Shown here in pieces: positions 58,950-64,000 of a stretch of 64,000 bases of DNA. The stretch covers positions 32,001 through 96,000 of the forward strand of contig JBMNIH010000009.1 in the NCBI GenBank assembly GCA_050950825.1, in the 5' to 3' direction. Source of the DNA: Clostridia bacterium (GTDB lineage: Bacteria; Bacillota; Clostridia; JAAYHZ01). The notes beneath the pieces are model-generated. The model worked only from the letters and a program-made list of their open reading frames with translations. It made no database searches and had not been told where the DNA came from. The position numbers were made by a program, and so were the translations under genes. The stretch's first letter is position 1. Each line of letters opens with the position of its first letter.

Positions 58950-59050
58950 TTGACGAAGGGGTTATTGCATGGTAATATGACAATGAAAATCGGGTTTCAC
59001 GAAGAAACCGTGTAAAAAACTGCGAAGGTTTTTTTGCAGTTTTTTTCTTT
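58950..59050 (+). promoter_or_regulatory. Promoter plus leader with premature terminator (candidate attenuator)
   Basis: TTGACG-N17-TAATAT, hairpin GGTTTC/GAAACC, and terminator AAAAAACTGC...GCAGTTTTTT upstream of the start codon. Confidence 0.55.
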
Positions 59051-59083
59051 GCTTAAAAATATCATTTTTGTGAGGTCGATTCC

Positions 59084-59623
59084 ATGAAATTGAGTGTTCG
59101 AAATATTACTTACGGCGGTTTCTTTTTGGCATTGTGCGTTGTAATGCCCATGGCTTTTCATGCATTCGGAGCCGATGCGGGCAGAATATTTTTGCCCATG
59201 CATATTCCCGTTCTATTAAGCGGATTTGTATTAGGTCCCTTACCGGGGGCTATTATAGGGGCGGTAGGACCTTTATTGTCTTCCGCTATAACCGGAATGC
59301 CTGCAGGCCCCATGCTGATCAGTATGCCCATAGAGCTTTGTCTTTACGGATTGGTATCGGGTTTGTTCTTTTATAAGCTCAAGTGGAATGTATATTTATC
59401 GCTGGTATTATCTATGATTATCGGCCGCGCCGTATTGGCGGGAATTCTGCTTGTATTGACCGATGTGTTTCATATCAAGACCATCGGACCTGCCGCCGTA
59501 TTTTCTTCCGTCGGAGCAGGAATTCCCGGTATCGTTATCCAAATTCTTTTCATTCCTCTTGTGGTCATGGGGTTAAAGAAAATAAAAGGATTAAATCCGG
59601 AACAAAAAGCAATGGAAGGGTAA
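59084..59623 (+). CDS. ECF transporter S component (substrate unknown)
   Basis: FLPMHIPVLLSG..GP..G, PLLSSAITGMP, ELCLYG, PGIVIQ. Confidence 0.87.
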   Translation: MKLSVRNITYGGFFLALCVVMPMAFHAFGADAGRIFLPMHIPVLLSGFVLGPLPGAIIGAVGPLLSSAITGMPAGPMLISMPIELCLYGLVSGLFFYKLKWNVYLSLVLSMIIGRAVLAGILLVLTDVFHIKTIGPAAVFSSVGAGIPGIVIQILFIPLVVMGLKKIKGLNPEQKAMEG

Positions 59624-59664
59624 AAACAAAGAACCCGGTATTAAAAAACAAAAAACAAGTCGAC

Positions 59665-59702
59665 GGGATGAAATATGCGAATTTATTTCATCCTTTGTTT
59701 TT
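59665..59702 (+). terminator. Terminator after the S component gene
   Basis: GGATGAAATA-loop-TATTTCATCC followed by a T-rich tail. Confidence 0.65.
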
Positions 59703-59845
59703 CCAAAGACATGTTTCATGGATGGAATCCGGAATTTTTGAGTATAAATCAAAGTAATCCTATCCGTATCGTTGTTATTATCCCTTATTTACGGTAAAAT
59801 AGTAGAAGTGTAAAATCAATAATCGAAAAAAGAGGGTAGAAAGAC

Positions 59846-60295
59846 TTGAACCGAATCAAAGAATTGACGGAACAATTTTACGAGAAAAAATATACGTGCT
59901 TAATCGCCGACCCGGAGAAAATCATATTTACATCCTTTGATAAAGGCGTAAAGCCTTTGTTTGACTTTTATAATACGATGAAGAATGATACGAATTCGGA
60001 GAAGGAGCTGTATTTGATCGATAAGGTTATCGGCAAGGGTGCGGCATACTTGTGCATTCTTTCGGGCATCAAAAGAATCCGGACGGAAGTCATTAGCAAG
60101 CCGGCTTTGAAGATTTTGGCGGATAACGGAATCGACGTAATCTATGAAACGCTTACGGAATATATCTCGAACATGAAAAAGACGGGAATCTGTCCGGTGG
60201 AGAGCTTAAGCTATGAATACGATACTCCGGAGTCTTTTTATCCTGCTTTGTCGAAGTTTTTAAACGGTAAACGGGAGTTAAAAGGAACATGTTGA
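59846..60295 (+). CDS. DUF1893-family protein
   Basis: GVKPL, DKVIGKGAA, VISKPA, N..KTGICPVE; TTG start. Confidence 0.82.
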   Translation: MNRIKELTEQFYEKKYTCLIADPEKIIFTSFDKGVKPLFDFYNTMKNDTNSEKELYLIDKVIGKGAAYLCILSGIKRIRTEVISKPALKILADNGIDVIYETLTEYISNMKKTGICPVESLSYEYDTPESFYPALSKFLNGKRELKGTC

Positions 60296-60711
60296 AGATT
60301 GCAGTTATCGATGCCCAAGGAGGCGGTTTCGGGAAAGCCATTGTCGAAGGCTTGTCCGTTTTAGGAGACAAAGTTGACATATTGGCATTGGGTACCAATG
60401 TATATGCTACCATGGCCATGCGAAAAGCCGGTGCCCATCGCTATGCCACCGGAGAAAACGCCATTTGCTTTAACGCGGACAAGGTGGATATTATCATAGG
60501 AGGAATCGGCATTTTGGCTTCCAATTCCATGTTGGGTGAAATTACGCCGGCCATCGCTCATGCGGTTTCTTCTTCTCATGCCAAAAAAATCGTAATTCCA
60601 TTTGGGAAATGCAATATTACGGTACCCGGTATTTCTCAGTACACATTAAAAGAATTGGTCGACATGGCGGTAGAAACGGTGGTCCGACATATGGAGGAGC
60701 AAGATGGATAA
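60289..60711 (+). CDS. DUF3842-family protein
   Basis: IAVIDAQGGGFG, ALGTN, ATGENA, SMLGEITP. Confidence 0.85.
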   Translation: MLKIAVIDAQGGGFGKAIVEGLSVLGDKVDILALGTNVYATMAMRKAGAHRYATGENAICFNADKVDIIIGGIGILASNSMLGEITPAIAHAVSSSHAKKIVIPFGKCNITVPGISQYTLKELVDMAVETVVRHMEEQDG

Positions 60712-63085
60712 TCATACCCTTCGTGTATTGGAGTTTGAAAAAATCGTCGACATGTTGGTCGATTGTGCCGTAGCAAAGCCTGCGAAGAATCTGGCGGCGA
60801 AGGTGCGGCCCTATTCATCTCGGAAGCATGTATTGGAAAAACTAAAGGAAACCACGGATGCAACCGTCTATATGATCAAAAAAGGCCGTCCCGCATTATC
60901 CGGTGTGGACGACTTGTCTCATTTGGTCTTAAAAGCGGAAAAAGGCGGTGTTTTGAGCCCCGGAGAGCTTTTAAAGGTTGCGGACCTTTTATATTCGTGC
61001 CGGCATCTGTCCGAGTATTTTCAGGAAAGAGAGCCGGATGAAGAAAACAGCATTTACAAGCTTTATCAAAACATCGTACGAAACGACGGCTTGGAAAGAG
61101 AAATAAAAAGGATTGTCGTATCGAAGGACGATTTGGCCGACGATGCCAGTCCGGAGCTTTTTTCCATTAGAAGGAGCATCCAAAAGACCAAGGACGAGTT
61201 GAAGGCCGCATTGGATCGGTTGATACGATCCCCTCAATACGCCAAATTTATGCAGGATCCTTTGGTAACCGTTCGAAACGACCGCTATGTTCTGCCGATT
61301 AAATCCGCCTACAAATCGGAAATCAAAGGCATCATACATGATACGTCGGCAAGCGGTTCCACCGTATTTATTGAACCTGCTTTTTCCGTGGAAGCGAATA
61401 ATAAAATTCGGGAATTGATGATTCAAGAAGCCAGAGAAATCGAACGAATATTAAGAATCATGTCGGAAAAAGTACGGGATTTCGGAAAAGAGATCAACGA
61501 CAACGTCTATTTCGCTACGAGGATCGACTTTGCCTTTGCCAAGGGCGAATTAAGCTTTCGTTTAAATTGCATTTGTCCGAAGATCAGCGACAACTATACG
61601 GTTAAAATAGTGGAGGGTCGTCATCCTTTGTTGGACAAGGAGACGGTGGTTCCTTTAAATATTGAAATAGGGGAGAGGTTTAAAACCTTAATCATTACGG
61701 GACCTAACACCGGCGGAAAGACGGTAGCGCTTAAGACGAGCGGGCTGTTTTGCCTTATGGCTCAAGCGGGGCTCCACGTCCCGGCAAAAGACGGTACAAT
61801 CATGCCGGTGTTTAACGACATCTTTTGCGATATCGGCGACGAGCAAAGCATTGAGCAAAGCTTGAGTACTTTTTCTTCGCATATGAAAAACATTATACAC
61901 ATCGTAAAAAATGCCGATAGTCGGTCCTTTGTTCTTTTAGACGAGTTGGGCGCGGGAACGGACCCCGAAGAAGGCTCCGCTTTGGCCATGTCCATTTTGG
62001 ACGGTTTATCGGAAAAAGGATGCACCGTCATTGCAACCACCCACTATAGCGATTTAAAGCTTTATGCCATAAAAAACGAAAACATGGAGAATGCAAGCTG
62101 CGAATTTGATGTCGAAAGCTTAAAGCCGACCTACAAATTGATCATGGGCGTGCCGGGAGAAAGCAACGCTTTGGCGATCTGCAAAAGATTGGGATTGCCC
62201 GACACCTATATCCAAAACGCAAAAAATTATCTTCACAACGACGATATCAAGTTTGAAGAAATTCTTCATAACATTCATAAAAACAAAGCCCGAACCGATC
62301 GGGAACGCCACCAAGCCCAAATGATTACAAAAGAATTGGAGACCATGAAGGCGGAGCTGGAAGAAAAAATCAAACGCTTGGAAATTGAAAAGGAAAGACA
62401 AATCAACAAAGCGAAAGAAGAAGCCAAGCGGATTATCGCCGCCGCAAAGCTGGAAGCCCAAGCCGTCATTGACCGATTGAAGCGAATGGAGGAAGAAGGA
62501 AAGCAAAACATCAAGTTAAACGAGCTGATCGATTTGAGAAAAGAAATCAATACCATGGATAAACGAATTCTCGAATCGGAAGTGCGGGATGACGAAGAAA
62601 ACGAATTTGAAGAAGTGACGTTTTCGGAAGAAAAGAGCCTCAAAGCCGGCGATACGGTAAAAATTCTAAAGCTCAACCAAACGGGTACGTTGGTATCCGA
62701 TCCGGAACCGGACGGAAAAATACTGGTGCAGGCGGGTATGATGAAGATCGCTCTTACGTTGAACGACGTTGTTCCGGTTAAAGCATCGGAAGTAAAAACG
62801 GAGCCCTCCAAAACCGTGGTAACCGGAGTGAAAAAACCGGAGAGAGTCAGCATGGAGGTGGACGTTAGAGGGCATACCGTAGAAGAAGCCATTGATGTCA
62901 TCGACAAGTATTTGGACGATGTCATTATGGCGGGACTTCATGAAGTAAGCATTATACACGGAAAAGGAACCGGAGCCTTGCGAGCCGGCATACAAGACTA
63001 TTTAAAAAACAATCCGAGAGTCTCAAGCTTTCGTATAGGAAAACACGGCGAGGGCGATTTGGGAGTCACGATCGTGGAGTTGTAG
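60704..63085 (+). CDS. mutS2: MutS2 with C-terminal Smr domain
   Basis: ITGPNTGGKT, DIGDEQSIEQSLSTFSSHM, DELGAGTDP, IIHGKGTG. Confidence 0.97.
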   Translation: MDNHTLRVLEFEKIVDMLVDCAVAKPAKNLAAKVRPYSSRKHVLEKLKETTDATVYMIKKGRPALSGVDDLSHLVLKAEKGGVLSPGELLKVADLLYSCRHLSEYFQEREPDEENSIYKLYQNIVRNDGLEREIKRIVVSKDDLADDASPELFSIRRSIQKTKDELKAALDRLIRSPQYAKFMQDPLVTVRNDRYVLPIKSAYKSEIKGIIHDTSASGSTVFIEPAFSVEANNKIRELMIQEAREIERILRIMSEKVRDFGKEINDNVYFATRIDFAFAKGELSFRLNCICPKISDNYTVKIVEGRHPLLDKETVVPLNIEIGERFKTLIITGPNTGGKTVALKTSGLFCLMAQAGLHVPAKDGTIMPVFNDIFCDIGDEQSIEQSLSTFSSHMKNIIHIVKNADSRSFVLLDELGAGTDPEEGSALAMSILDGLSEKGCTVIATTHYSDLKLYAIKNENMENASCEFDVESLKPTYKLIMGVPGESNALAICKRLGLPDTYIQNAKNYLHNDDIKFEEILHNIHKNKARTDRERHQAQMITKELETMKAELEEKIKRLEIEKERQINKAKEEAKRIIAAAKLEAQAVIDRLKRMEEEGKQNIKLNELIDLRKEINTMDKRILESEVRDDEENEFEEVTFSEEKSLKAGDTVKILKLNQTGTLVSDPEPDGKILVQAGMMKIALTLNDVVPVKASEVKTEPSKTVVTGVKKPERVSMEVDVRGHTVEEAIDVIDKYLDDVIMAGLHEVSIIHGKGTGALRAGIQDYLKNNPRVSSFRIGKHGEGDLGVTIVEL

Positions 63086-63093
63086 TAAAAGAA

Positions 63094-63138
63094 AAGAGGA
63101 CTTACCGCGTTATTGTAAGCCCTCTTCTTTGTTTTTTG
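63094..63138 (+). terminator. Terminator after mutS2
   Basis: AAGAGGACTTAC-loop-GTAAGCCCTCTT followed by T-rich sequence. Confidence 0.7.
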
Positions 63139-63229
63139 TGGAAACTTTTATTCTTATGCGTTATAATGATAACGCCGATTTGCTTTAAAAATAATAAGGC
63201 AAAAGTATTCGAAAACATCGGGAGAACAA

Positions 63230-64000
63230 ATGGACAAGGATAAGAAAAGGAAAAATTTACTTGCTATTGAACGAACTTTTGACGTTTTGCGTTTTATCAT
63301 AACCGTCATTGTTATACTTTCTATGATCTATTTGGGAATTCATTTCTTTCGCAAGGGATATAACTTTGTAATAAAAAGAAATGAAGTCAAGGACTTGGAT
63401 ATCGAAATCAACATCGCTCCCGGAAACGAGTATGAAATTACCATTCCGTGGGGTTACAGCACCGACGATATTGCCGCTTTGCTAAAGGAAAAGGGATTTA
63501 TCGATAACGTCTTTTTGTTTTCCATATGGTCGAAATTTATAGGATATGAAGGAAAATATACCGCAGGGGTTCATGTGCTGGATAGAACCGAAAATTACAA
63601 CACCTTGGACGGGTACGAAAAATTAATGTATATCCTTTCTCAAAATCCGAAGAAAAAGCCGGACGTAAGGGTCTTCATACCGGAAGGCAGCACATGGCAC
63701 CAGACGGAAAAGATCTTAAAGGATGCGGGAATACCCGTAGACGACGATTTTTGGAAAAAGGCGGCGGAACACGAATATAATTATAGGTTCCTGGAATATG
63801 CTTTGGACGACATGAAAAAAGAAGGCCGAACCAATATGTTCGAAGGATATCTGTTCCCGGACACTTACATTATGGACCCGGAAGCTTCGCCGGAAGTTAT
63901 TGTGGACAAGTTTTTATCCAACTTTGAGAACAAATTCCGAGAAGAGTTTTACAAAAAGACGGAGGAATTAGGGATTACCGTCGACGAAGCCATTATCATC
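63230..64000 (+). CDS. mltG: Endolytic transglycosylase MltG (YceG), 3'-truncated by window edge
   Basis: Not in the ORF track. Manual translation MDKDKKRKNLL..., N-terminal TM, IPWGYSTDDIA, IPEG, FEGYLFPDTY; open to the window end. Confidence 0.9.
   Translation, partial: MDKDKKRKNLLAIERTFDVLRFIITVIVILSMIYLGIHFFRKGYNFVIKRNEVKDLDIEINIAPGNEYEITIPWGYSTDDIAALLKEKGFIDNVFLFSIWSKFIGYEGKYTAGVHVLDRTENYNTLDGYEKLMYILSQNPKKKPDVRVFIPEGSTWHQTEKILKDAGIPVDDDFWKKAAEHEYNYRFLEYALDDMKKEGRTNMFEGYLFPDTYIMDPEASPEVIVDKFLSNFENKFREEFYKKTEELGITVDEAIII

Noticed and set aside
58991-59024. preQ1-I riboswitch resemblance (short stem plus TAAAAAACT tail)
   Set aside because: The 5-bp P1 stem and loop consensus do not fit, and the A-run is explained as the terminator arm. 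Kept only as an unassigned attenuator candidate.

Overview
A 64-kb chromosomal window from an endospore-forming Clostridia-type Firmicute (spoIVA, ispH-rpsA fusion, murT-gatD, hutP-cmk-plsC, dnaE-pfkA, mutS2, mltG, three tRNAs). Housekeeping blocks alternate with carbohydrate and cofactor modules: two tandem paralog pairs of large uncharacterised cytoplasmic glycan-active enzymes, GH1-GH13-GPH, and nrtR-pncA-pncB. I found no CRISPR array, prophage, integrase, transposase or reverse transcriptase. Three observations stand out. (1) A 1509-bp element with no transposase or relaxase, carrying the streptomycin gene aadE/ant(6), a pMV158-type (MOBV) oriT and repeated hairpin modules, splits an XRE-TPR regulator gene; removing it restores the reading frame. 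(2) Host DNA shows a directional TGG->CGG (CTGG/CCAG->CCGG) substitution signature that replaces conserved Leu/Trp/Gln with Pro/Arg in accessory genes, six times in one GH13 gene, and is absent from aadE. (3) There are candidate cis-regulatory RNA leaders upstream of an ECF S-component gene and pfkA. Functional calls come from motif recognition by eye, and motif counts were done by hand.
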